From: Allosphingosinicella deserti
GTDB taxonomy: Bacteria > Pseudomonadota > Alphaproteobacteria > Sphingomonadales > Sphingomonadaceae
Reading direction: 5' to 3'
Length of the DNA: 32,000 nucleotides
NCBI RefSeq assembly: GCF_003012735.1
Contig: NZ_PXYI01000011.1
Location: 1 to 32,000 of the forward strand
Shown in pieces: positions 16,735 through 24,275 of this stretch. How positions within the stretch are numbered: position 1 is the first letter of the stretch; each line of letters starts with the position of its first letter. The notes under the pieces are model-generated. The model did no database searches. It was not told the DNA's origin and saw only the letters and a program-made list of their open reading frames with translations. Position numbers and translations under genes: made by a program.

Positions 16735-17151
16735 ATGATGACCGACGAGATCGCCACGGCGACATCTGCATTTTCTCATTTCTCGTCGAAAATGAAACGT
16801 TGGAATGAGCATTTCTACCCTCTGATGGTGCAGGATGCCGAAGAAGCAGCCGGACACGCGATTGCTGAGCTCGGGCCAATCTTCGAATCTCACGTTTGGC
16901 CGGATGCAGTTCGCAGTGTCGAGCGCCTGAACAGTCCATCTGCCGGGCTGCCTTCTGATTACGACCCGGAGAATGACGTTATTGAAGAGGCTAATTTGCA
17001 ATCGTCTACATGTGTTTTACTTGTGCAATCTAATACCGGGTTCAAAGACAAGTTTCGCTACACGCTCAAGAAACGCGGCGGCGAATGGAAATTGTTTAGG
17101 AGGGATCTTTTCCTCGATGACACTGGGAAGTGGAGATCTCATCACATCTAA
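16735..17151 (+). CDS. NTF2-fold (RhsIA-like) immunity protein
   Basis: ATG 16735 follows GGAAGG. 138 aa with low GC. The pattern KMKRWNEHFYP ... LPSDYDPENDVIEE ... VLLVQSNTGFKDKFRYTLKKRGGEWKLFRRDLFLDDTGKW resembles Imm-NTF2/RhsIA proteins. Confidence 0.55.
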   Translation: MMTDEIATATSAFSHFSSKMKRWNEHFYPLMVQDAEEAAGHAIAELGPIFESHVWPDAVRSVERLNSPSAGLPSDYDPENDVIEEANLQSSTCVLLVQSNTGFKDKFRYTLKKRGGEWKLFRRDLFLDDTGKWRSHHI

Positions 17152-17224
17152 GTGGGGAAGGTACCTTCCAAGGTAGAGCCCATCAAGCACCGCATCCTGC
17201 TCGTACCTAGAGGACAAACAAAGC

Positions 17225-17746
17225 ATGGCCTGGACGGACGTCGCCGGCGCTCTGCAAAGCGCCTCGGCAACTGTTGTCGAAGGCTTGTTGGCCCCTCATA
17301 GGGACGAAAAGCTTTACGCTGTGGCCCTCTATGCCGCTGAGGATGGCATGAGCGTCGCCGTGGCGGCCAACTCCGAGGAGCAGTACCGGGCGCATCTTGC
17401 ATCCGAAGCTCTTGCCGGCGCCAACTCGCCGGGGGACGAGGTCTATTATCGATGGGCAACGTCCGAATGGTCCCTCGAACGATGGCACAGCGACTTGTTC
17501 GCCGAGGCCAACGCGCTGATCCGCGGGGAGGATAGGCGAGACTTCGACCGATATCGGGAGGCCCTGATCGAAGCGATGATCTCAGCGCTTGCCGGGGTAA
17601 GGGAATCGTTCGGCGACCGCCTTGCCGATGTCACCATGTTCGTCTCGGTAACCGACAGCGATGAAGCGGAAGGGATCGAGAATGACTCGGCCGCTCGCCT
17701 CAACCCAAAGGGCCTGGCGGATGGCTTTCTGTCTCGCTTCGAGTGA
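17225..17746 (+). CDS. DUF4303-like immunity protein (paralog 2, divergent)
   Basis: 173 aa. It shares EKLYAVALYAAEDGMSVAVAANSEE, RWATSEW, LIEAMISALAGVRE and VTMFVSVTDSDEAEGIENDSAARLNP with paralogs 1 and 3. Confidence 0.7.
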   Translation: MAWTDVAGALQSASATVVEGLLAPHRDEKLYAVALYAAEDGMSVAVAANSEEQYRAHLASEALAGANSPGDEVYYRWATSEWSLERWHSDLFAEANALIRGEDRRDFDRYREALIEAMISALAGVRESFGDRLADVTMFVSVTDSDEAEGIENDSAARLNPKGLADGFLSRFE

Positions 17747-17927
17747 CACCGGCCCGGTCGAGGCAGCGGAGGATAAGTGTTCATGACGCCTGTCAGCGCG
17801 CCCTCGCGCGGTTCCGCGGGTCAGGAAGCGAGAAACGCTCCCATCTGTTCGGATTCGTGCCGCTTGTCAGCCGTCCGACGTGTTTTCTCGACGGTACGCC
17901 GCTCCGCCGAAAAACCGGGAATGTACG

Positions 17928-18521
17928 ATGAGTCCCCTGGAACAAGTCCGATCTTATCTGCAAGGCGAAACTCCGCTGAAGGTATTTTACGACGCGGTGT
18001 CGCGCGACAAGGATCTGCAGGCGTATCTTGAGCAAGAAGTCCCTCTCCCTCGGTACATCGAGGAAGATACTCTGTTTCTGTACGTGATCAAACAGGAGCC
18101 GGGTAGCGTAGCGGCAGACCTGAACATCAAGGATGCGCTTGCACGCTTCCTGGTAGAGCTCGGAGTTGAGGCCGGCGTGGATCAAAGCTCCATGCGCAGT
18201 TATGAGTCGATCCTGGATGCAACCCCATCCTGGTTGGTCTTGCCCGACCATTACGCTACAGGGCTCATCAATCAGTTGCCTCAAGATTGCAGTCGAGCGG
18301 CCCGGATCAAACTCGCGAAAGAGCAGATCGCGCGAGACTTCCGCTATCTCAAGAGGCCGCCGAAGTGGCTTCAAACCGCAATGTGGCCTTGTGAAAACGG
18401 ACGGCCGCTGATGTTCGTCGGCCAGATGGACGTCGGTGACCTGATGCACGATGACGCTCAGCTCTACGTGTTCTTCGATCCGGAGGTGAAAGCTTTCCAT
18501 ACTCTGCTGCAGGTTTGCTAA
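17928..18521 (+). CDS. Hypothetical protein in the immunity array, 197 aa
   Basis: ATG 17928 starts a clean ORF. The C-terminus (PPKWLQTAMWPCENGRPLMFVGQMDVGDLMHDDAQLYVFFDPE) is faintly reminiscent of YwqG/DUF1963-type proteins. Confidence 0.6.
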   Translation: MSPLEQVRSYLQGETPLKVFYDAVSRDKDLQAYLEQEVPLPRYIEEDTLFLYVIKQEPGSVAADLNIKDALARFLVELGVEAGVDQSSMRSYESILDATPSWLVLPDHYATGLINQLPQDCSRAARIKLAKEQIARDFRYLKRPPKWLQTAMWPCENGRPLMFVGQMDVGDLMHDDAQLYVFFDPEVKAFHTLLQVC

Positions 18522-18620
18522 AGCATCGGGAGAGCGGGAGTTTGGTGGCGGCCCTCGCCGATCCTGACGACCGAACCCCCACGGCAGGAACCCACGCATT
18601 CTCGGGACTTGGAGACGAAG

Positions 18621-19451
18621 ATGGGCAAGTATCTGCGAGTTGTAGAACCGAATTATGCAGGCGAGTATGGCGCACTCGCCGATGACAAGATTTTCGCGCG
18701 CATCGCGGAAGCCACGACGGTGTATGAGTATCGGCTGCAGAACGGGAAGGTCGGGACGGGGGGCATCAGCAAAGTGATCCTCCTTGGCCCGGCGGCAGAG
18801 CGCCGGGTCGAGGATCTTATCGGTGTCCTCCGCTACGAGCATCCGCTGGGCGAGAACCCCGAAGTCAACGCATTGCCGACGCCGCACGAGCGCTATGTCG
18901 GCGAAGCGCATTACGCATTGCGCACGTTGGGTGCCGATCGCGGGTGGGATCTTGATGCGCTCGAGACGGTCTATCGCGGGGTGAAGGATGTCGATTATCG
19001 GTTCAACGGTACCTGGGCCAAGCCCAAGTGGAATCTGCGCCGAAGCTGTGCCGTCGGAGTGGAGTGGCGGACGGGCCGGCAACTGGAACTGGGCTTTACC
19101 GTGAGCCCCAAGGGCGGCGAGACACGCTGGTTGCCGTTCCTCGCCTCGCCGATTGGGCTAGGCAAGATCGACACGGCGGCGGGCAAGCTGGTCTGGGAGG
19201 ATGATCGGCATGCGCTGCTCTGGCACAGCAACAAACGCGACCGTTGGCGACTCGATACCGAGACGCTCCAGGCCGACTTCCTGTACGCGCCCGCCGAATG
19301 TGGAAACCCCCATGGCCAGTACGCCCTGGGCAAGATGTATCTCGATGGCAAATCGTGGGTTTCCGAGGACCGGGCCAAGGCGCTGTACTGGCTTCGGAAA
19401 TCGGCGGATCAGGGGTTTGCGCGCGCTGAGCGCCTGCTCGCGACCTTGTGA
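18621..19451 (+). CDS. Hypothetical protein with a C-terminal Sel1-like repeat, 276 aa
   Basis: ATG 18621 follows GGAG by 7 nt. The C-terminus (GNPHGQYALGKMYLDGKSWVSEDRAKALYWLRKSADQGFARAERLL) is a recognisable Sel1 (SLR) repeat. The N-terminal 230 aa are unassigned. Confidence 0.65.
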   Translation: MGKYLRVVEPNYAGEYGALADDKIFARIAEATTVYEYRLQNGKVGTGGISKVILLGPAAERRVEDLIGVLRYEHPLGENPEVNALPTPHERYVGEAHYALRTLGADRGWDLDALETVYRGVKDVDYRFNGTWAKPKWNLRRSCAVGVEWRTGRQLELGFTVSPKGGETRWLPFLASPIGLGKIDTAAGKLVWEDDRHALLWHSNKRDRWRLDTETLQADFLYAPAECGNPHGQYALGKMYLDGKSWVSEDRAKALYWLRKSADQGFARAERLLATL

Positions 19452-19500
19452 TGCGAGGCGTTCGACCGAAGTCGGACATGGCTTCGATCATGGAGGTGAC

Positions 19501-19872
19501 ATGAGTCGTATCGTCTTGGTGATAGATCCCGCGGGCGCTGTTCCTGCCTCCGTTGTCGTCCAGATCGCCCGTGTGTCCGGAACTGCTCTGTCGGAAACGA
19601 AGCGCGCGTTCCTGTCGGGCGAGCCGGTTCTCGACCTGGCCCTCTTCGATCGCAAGGACCCCCTCGGCACGACGCGGATCCTGGGCCTGTTGCGGGCATT
19701 GGAGGAAAGGGAGATCAGATACCGAGCCCGTGAGTTGACCGACGACATGGCCTACGACGCGAACGCGAACCATTTCGAGATCGATGCGATCACGCTCGAA
19801 AACATGATCGATGCCCACCGTGTATCCCTTTCCTACCAGTGTACGATCGGCTGGCTGGAGGATCCGGAGTGA
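19501..19872 (+). CDS. Small hypothetical protein in the immunity array, 123 aa
   Basis: ATG 19501 is preceded by a strong GGAGG site. No family recognised. Confidence 0.6.
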   Translation: MSRIVLVIDPAGAVPASVVVQIARVSGTALSETKRAFLSGEPVLDLALFDRKDPLGTTRILGLLRALEEREIRYRARELTDDMAYDANANHFEIDAITLENMIDAHRVSLSYQCTIGWLEDPE

Positions 19873-19894
19873 GGGCGGCGACGCCGGGAGAAGC

Positions 19895-20422
19895 ATGATG
19901 CAAGGAGAAGGCCCAGACCTCGTAACGGCGACGATCGGGGCGGCCGACGACCTGATCTCCTCCCTTGCGGCTGAGAGGCTCTATGCGATCTGCCTGCAGA
20001 CCGCGGACGATGGAATGAGCGTCGGCCTCTGCGCCAACACCGAAGAGGGCTATGCCGAGAAACGGGAATCCGAGGCCGAGTTCGAGGACATGACCGCTCG
20101 CTACGAGGCCTATCTGCGCTGGACGCCGGCCGAGTGGCGCTACGAGATGATCGGCGACGCCCATCTCGTGGACGTGAATCGCGATCTCACTGCGGCCGCC
20201 CTCGACGCCAAGGAGGCGTTCGACACTCATTTCGATCGCCTGATCGAGGCGATGATCGACGCCCTCGCGACGCTGCGTGCCGAACGTGGGACTGCGCTCG
20301 ACGGGATTACGCTGTTCGTGACGATCTCCGACAGCGAAGAGGCGGAGGCGATCGAGCATCGATCTGCGGTGCGGCTCAATCCGCCCGCACTGGCTGCTCC
20401 CTTCGTCGGCCGTTTCGAGTAG
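19895..20422 (+). CDS. DUF4303-like immunity protein (paralog 3, close to paralog 1)
   Basis: ATG ATG at 19895/19898 follows GGGAG. I counted 32 differences over a 147-aa core aligned with 15789-16319 (about 78% identity). The N-terminal ~30 aa are unrelated. Confidence 0.75.
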   Translation: MMQGEGPDLVTATIGAADDLISSLAAERLYAICLQTADDGMSVGLCANTEEGYAEKRESEAEFEDMTARYEAYLRWTPAEWRYEMIGDAHLVDVNRDLTAAALDAKEAFDTHFDRLIEAMIDALATLRAERGTALDGITLFVTISDSEEAEAIEHRSAVRLNPPALAAPFVGRFE

Positions 20423-20450
20423 GCCGGACGGTGTCGAAGAAGGAGCCTGA

Positions 20451-21134
20451 ATGATGACTGGCAATGCAATCGGGCGCTTCATGGACACCGCGCGGCGGGC
20501 CGGGATCGCCTTCGAAGCAACGCTGCCGTCGGTGATCGCCGACAAGGACGCAATCGACCGCCTCTTCGGGCAAGACATCGCGGAAGCCATCCAGCAATGT
20601 GGCTATCCCGGCGGCGTCGAGGTGCCGGGCATCGCCGAGGATCTCCTCATCTACCCGTTGGAGGAGATTGCCGCCCGCCAGGAGGGCTACCGATCCGGGG
20701 CCGGGGAGGAGCAGTGGGACAAGGATCATTGGGTCTTCGCCGATCGGTCCGCGGATCCGTTCACCGTCGGTACGGGTGGACGAATATTCTTCTCCCGGCA
20801 CGGGCAGGGGGCGTGGTCCTACGAGTATCTCTGCGCCAACCTGCTCGTCTTCTTCGATCTCGCGTCGGCATGGATCGAGTTCTTCGTGATCGATAACCAG
20901 AGCCAGATCGTCGACGATGACTTTTCCGTGCTCCCCCAGAAACGGGCGGAGTTCGAAGCGCGGGTGGGGGCGCTCGGCGGCGAGATCGACCGGGAGGCCG
21001 CGGTGCCGGTGATGCTGGGAGACTGGAGCCGGCTGGTTCGCCCGCCGCCCCGCGGGGCTGTCGTGCGCCCCGCCCCCACATTCTGCTGCAAGCGGATCAG
21101 CGGCCGTTGGCGGACCAATGCGGCGGGTCGGTGA
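20451..21134 (+). CDS. SUKH/SMI1-KNR4-like immunity protein, tentative
   Basis: ATG follows AAGGAG. The core WDKDHWVFADRSADPFTVGTGGRIFFSRHGQGAWSYEYLCANLLVFF resembles the SUKH layout. The 3' end overlaps the convergent gene by 38 nt. Confidence 0.5.
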   Translation: MMTGNAIGRFMDTARRAGIAFEATLPSVIADKDAIDRLFGQDIAEAIQQCGYPGGVEVPGIAEDLLIYPLEEIAARQEGYRSGAGEEQWDKDHWVFADRSADPFTVGTGGRIFFSRHGQGAWSYEYLCANLLVFFDLASAWIEFFVIDNQSQIVDDDFSVLPQKRAEFEARVGALGGEIDREAAVPVMLGDWSRLVRPPPRGAVVRPAPTFCCKRISGRWRTNAAGR

Positions 21135-21933
21135 TCAGTTTGTGAACCCCGTAGGTTGCGCCGACGGCGTGGAGTGCGGTGTTGGTGTTGCCGGATCGGG
21201 GCTGGTCGATGCGGTGGGTGCGCCCGGCGGCATCGACGACGTCGATCGCGTGATCCCAAGTGATCGTCATGTCGATGGCCGTGCCCTGGATATGGTTGGA
21301 GGTGAGCGACGGTTTGAAGCGGATCCCGAACAGCTCGACCATCGTCTGAGCCGCGCGCTTCGAGCTTCTGAGATCGCCGTGATCCCACAGGATGTCGACG
21401 TCGGGATTGGCGGGCACCGCGCCCGGCTGGATCTCTCCTGCAGCGATGCGCCAGGCATGGTGCATGATCCAGGCGCGGTGCACGTTCCGTCGCGTCGAGC
21501 TGACGCGCACGGTCGCCGGCGCGCGGCGGAGCGCCGTCAGGAAGCTCTCGACCTGGGTCGCGAAGGCGGGGGCAAGATCGCTGACCCGGTCGCTGTTCGG
21601 GAAACGGGCTTCGTTTGCCCGGAACCATCGCTCGCCGCTCAGCCGTGCCCGCCCCGCCGTGGCGCGCACGCGCTCCTGCATCAAGGCGGTCGGGGCGGTG
21701 GCCGAAAGCGCCGAAAAGGTGCGACCGACCGGCTCGACCCGTCCATCGGAGGGCACGCCCATCACGAGCGCCTGGAAGCGGCCGATCGCTGCAGTCGTGG
21801 CATCGTCGATGACGCCGTCGGTCCGCACCGGCGTGATCCCCATGTCCGCTGCGCGCAGGTTGAGGAGCTGCTGAACCGCGGCAACATCCGCCCGGACATT
21901 GGCGCCGTTCCTGCCCACCGACCCGGTGATCAT
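21097..21933 (-). CDS. Peptidoglycan-binding domain plus VanY-like LAS (M15) zinc peptidase with no signal peptide: candidate T6SS cell-wall effector E2
   Basis: The N-terminus (GRNGANVRADVAAVQQLLN ... DGVIDDATTAAIGRFQ) fits PG_binding_1. The C-terminus carries an exact SxHxxGxAxD motif (SNHIQGTAID) and a distal His (DPPHW). An RBS (GGGGAGAG) precedes the start. Confidence 0.75.
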   Translation of the reverse strand: MITGSVGRNGANVRADVAAVQQLLNLRAADMGITPVRTDGVIDDATTAAIGRFQALVMGVPSDGRVEPVGRTFSALSATAPTALMQERVRATAGRARLSGERWFRANEARFPNSDRVSDLAPAFATQVESFLTALRRAPATVRVSSTRRNVHRAWIMHHAWRIAAGEIQPGAVPANPDVDILWDHGDLRSSKRAAQTMVELFGIRFKPSLTSNHIQGTAIDMTITWDHAIDVVDAAGRTHRIDQPRSGNTNTALHAVGATYGVHKLITDPPHWSANGR

Positions 21934-21944
21934 CCTGCTCTCCC

Positions 21945-22250
21945 CTATTCGATGTTGTCGTCGTAGTCGGCGAGGGCGGCCTGAACCAGCCGGTTGGCGG
22001 CATGCGCGCGTTTCAGGCGGGCAAGCTCGGCGTCGGTGCCGGTGCAGAGACGTTTCAACTGCGCCTCGATCTGCTTGCGCCGCGCGGCATCATAGCCCTC
22101 TTCGCCGCGGAAATGATCGCAGCCGTCCCGGCGCGTGATGAAGGCACGAACGTCGGGGGGCAGCGCCCCTGCGCCCGCTTCGACCTTCGCGCCCGGCCCT
22201 GCCGCCGTGCAGGCGGACGCCAGGAGCGCAAGCAGAAGGAGACGCGTCAT
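21945..22250 (-). CDS. Small lipoprotein, candidate immunity partner of E2
   Basis: 101 aa with a lipobox-like leader (MTRLLLLALLASAC). The mature part contains two further Cys. The start overlaps the upstream methyltransferase stop (ATGA). The gene ends 11 nt before E2. Confidence 0.7.
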   Translation of the reverse strand: MTRLLLLALLASACTAAGPGAKVEAGAGALPPDVRAFITRRDGCDHFRGEEGYDAARRKQIEAQLKRLCTGTDAELARLKRAHAANRLVQAALADYDDNIE

Positions 22251-23677
22251 GCCAGGATCAACCCTTCGCTGACCAGAGTGCGCAGCCCCTTGTCGAGCGC
22301 CTCGGGCGTGTCGAGCCCGGCCTCTTGCCCGACGGCGACCAGCGCGGTGCGATCGCGGGTGCCGTCCAGGTGCGCGAGCAGGTGCCGCGGGCCGAATTCC
22401 TGGATGGTCATCAACCGATGATCGAGCGTGCAGATATTCTCCAGACCTTCGGCAAGCATGGCACGGATCAGCGGGCTGGCCCGCGGCCGTTCGCCGACTT
22501 CGCAGGCATAGGGCTCGGCTTCGGTGTAGAGATCGATGAGACCCGCGTTGAACATCTCGAACATCGCGATGCGGCGCGCCGGGGTGTCGACGAGTTCGGA
22601 CACCCTGAGCCGGCGGGGACGCTGCTCGACGAGCCGGGTCAGCGCCTCGGCGAGCGGCGCATCCTGCACTTCGAAGACGTTCGCGTTGATCCGGAACATC
22701 CCCTCCTCGTCGCGAAGGCAGCGGGTGACTGCATAGAGCTGCCCGAGGGCCTGGTGGTCGATGGTTCTGCGCGGGATGCGATCCGCCCGCACCAGCAACG
22801 TCTGCCGGAAGAAGCGGAAATCCTGGTAATCGCGTGCGCCGAGAATGCGGAGCAATTGTGCCGACGGGTCGCCTGCGGCCTCGATGCCATCCGGCAGAAA
22901 CGCATCGTTCATGCGCTCCCGGTCCGCGTCCCCGAGGAACTGAAGCCCGTTGGCACGAGCGGTTGCTTCGACGTCTGCCAGCGATTGCGGGTGGAAGTGG
23001 GGGCCGAGCTCGTCGTGGCAGAGAACCGACCAGGGCTTGTCGAGCGTGTGTTTGGCGGCGTCGCGAAGCGCGGCCTGGGCTGGATTCTGGCCGCCCTCCG
23101 GCTCGGCCGAAAGGGTCGTCAGATAGGCGCGTGCCGCACGCCAGCGGTCGGCGCCTTGCAGATCGCCGAGCTCGAGCAGCAGCGCATCGCGCAGCGCCTG
23201 CCTGAGATATCCGCCGGGAAGGGCATTGTAGCTGAGAAAGGCGACTCCGTCGGGCGCGAGCAACCGGCCGATCAGCGCCATGGTGGCCGACCGCACCTCG
23301 GCCGGCACCCAGGCGTAGATTCCGTGAGCGATGATATAGTCGAAGGGGCCCTCGAGGCGATGGTGCGCCTCGAGAATGTCGAGCACCTGCAATCCGGCAT
23401 TGTCGAGCCCGGCGAGCGCGCGCCAGCGCTCCCCGCGCGCCACCGCGGTCGGCGCGAGATCGAATCCCTCGAAGCGCGCCTGCGGATGCGCTGCGGCCAG
23501 CGAGAGCAGGTTCATGCCATCGCCGGCACCGATCTCAAGCACCCGTGCCGTCGACACCGGCGGCGGCGCCAGCCCGGTGAGCCGCGCGATCACGGCCAGC
23601 CGTTCCGGCGCGGTCTGGCTGAAGATCGCGCTTGGATAGGCGATCTCGTCATATGGGGTCGGCGCCGGACCGCTCAT
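22247..23677 (-). CDS. Class I SAM-dependent methyltransferase with a C-terminal predicted methyltransferase regulatory domain
   Basis: The start is MSGPAPTPYDEIAYPSAIFSQTAPERLAVIARLTGL. The SAM motif I is VLEIGAGDGMNL. The ~300-aa C-terminal extension resembles the PF10119-type architecture. Confidence 0.8.
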   Translation of the reverse strand: MSGPAPTPYDEIAYPSAIFSQTAPERLAVIARLTGLAPPPVSTARVLEIGAGDGMNLLSLAAAHPQARFEGFDLAPTAVARGERWRALAGLDNAGLQVLDILEAHHRLEGPFDYIIAHGIYAWVPAEVRSATMALIGRLLAPDGVAFLSYNALPGGYLRQALRDALLLELGDLQGADRWRAARAYLTTLSAEPEGGQNPAQAALRDAAKHTLDKPWSVLCHDELGPHFHPQSLADVEATARANGLQFLGDADRERMNDAFLPDGIEAAGDPSAQLLRILGARDYQDFRFFRQTLLVRADRIPRRTIDHQALGQLYAVTRCLRDEEGMFRINANVFEVQDAPLAEALTRLVEQRPRRLRVSELVDTPARRIAMFEMFNAGLIDLYTEAEPYACEVGERPRASPLIRAMLAEGLENICTLDHRLMTIQEFGPRHLLAHLDGTRDRTALVAVGQEAGLDTPEALDKGLRTLVSEGLILA

Positions 23678-23771
23678 GCCCTGCCGCCATGCGCAATCCG
23701 CAGCGCCGGAGAATGCAGGCGTGCGCAAAGCCGCTTGTGCTCCACCCGGACCTTCGCGTCGGTGATCCTGA

Positions 23772-24275
23772 TCATTCGATCTGCATGTCCAATGTTTCCG
23801 CGACCCGCTTGTAGAAAGCGGCGGAGCGCGGGTTCTTCTGTGCCGCATAGCGGGCGCTCACGGCGCGCGCCGCGCGGGCCGCCACCCGAAAGGAATCGAG
23901 GCGTTCCTGCCATTCGGTATCGCGTGTTCCGATGTCGCCGTTGACGAACCGTCCGACGACGTAGCCATCGGCCAAATCAAGGACTCCGATGGCGGGGACG
24001 CCGTCGCGCAGCTCGCCGTAAAAGGCGGCGCTGCTCGCGCCTCCATCGCGGCGGCGCAGCATGCCGAGACCGTCCGCCTTGCCGCTGCGGCAGGCGCCCG
24101 CCCAATGGGTCGGACCCTCGGTCAGCGAGGCCGGCCTGACGAAGCGGCAACCGGTGGCCGGATCCTGCGACCAGGCCGAGCCGGGCACAGGCCTGAACGG
24201 AGACTCCGCAGCCGATGCGGGGAGCGCCAGACCTGCAAGCCCCAGGACGGCGCCCAGCAAGTGCGCGCCGTTCAT
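23772..24275 (-). CDS. Periplasmic protein with MORN-like repeats, candidate immunity partner of E1
   Basis: The signal peptide is MNGAHLLGAVLGLAGLALPASA-AE. The ATG overlaps the E1 stop (ATGA at 24272-24275). WAGACRSGKADGLGML and YGELRDGVPAIG are MORN-like. Confidence 0.75.
   Translation of the reverse strand: MNGAHLLGAVLGLAGLALPASAAESPFRPVPGSAWSQDPATGCRFVRPASLTEGPTHWAGACRSGKADGLGMLRRRDGGASSAAFYGELRDGVPAIGVLDLADGYVVGRFVNGDIGTRDTEWQERLDSFRVAARAARAVSARYAAQKNPRSAAFYKRVAETLDMQIE

Noticed and set aside
22325-23944. 539-aa plus-strand ORF opposite the methyltransferase, and the 20819-22003 and 21118-21966 ORFs over E2
   Set aside because: These are Arg/Pro/Gly-rich alternate frames of clearly coding minus-strand genes. 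They have no RBS or domain signal.
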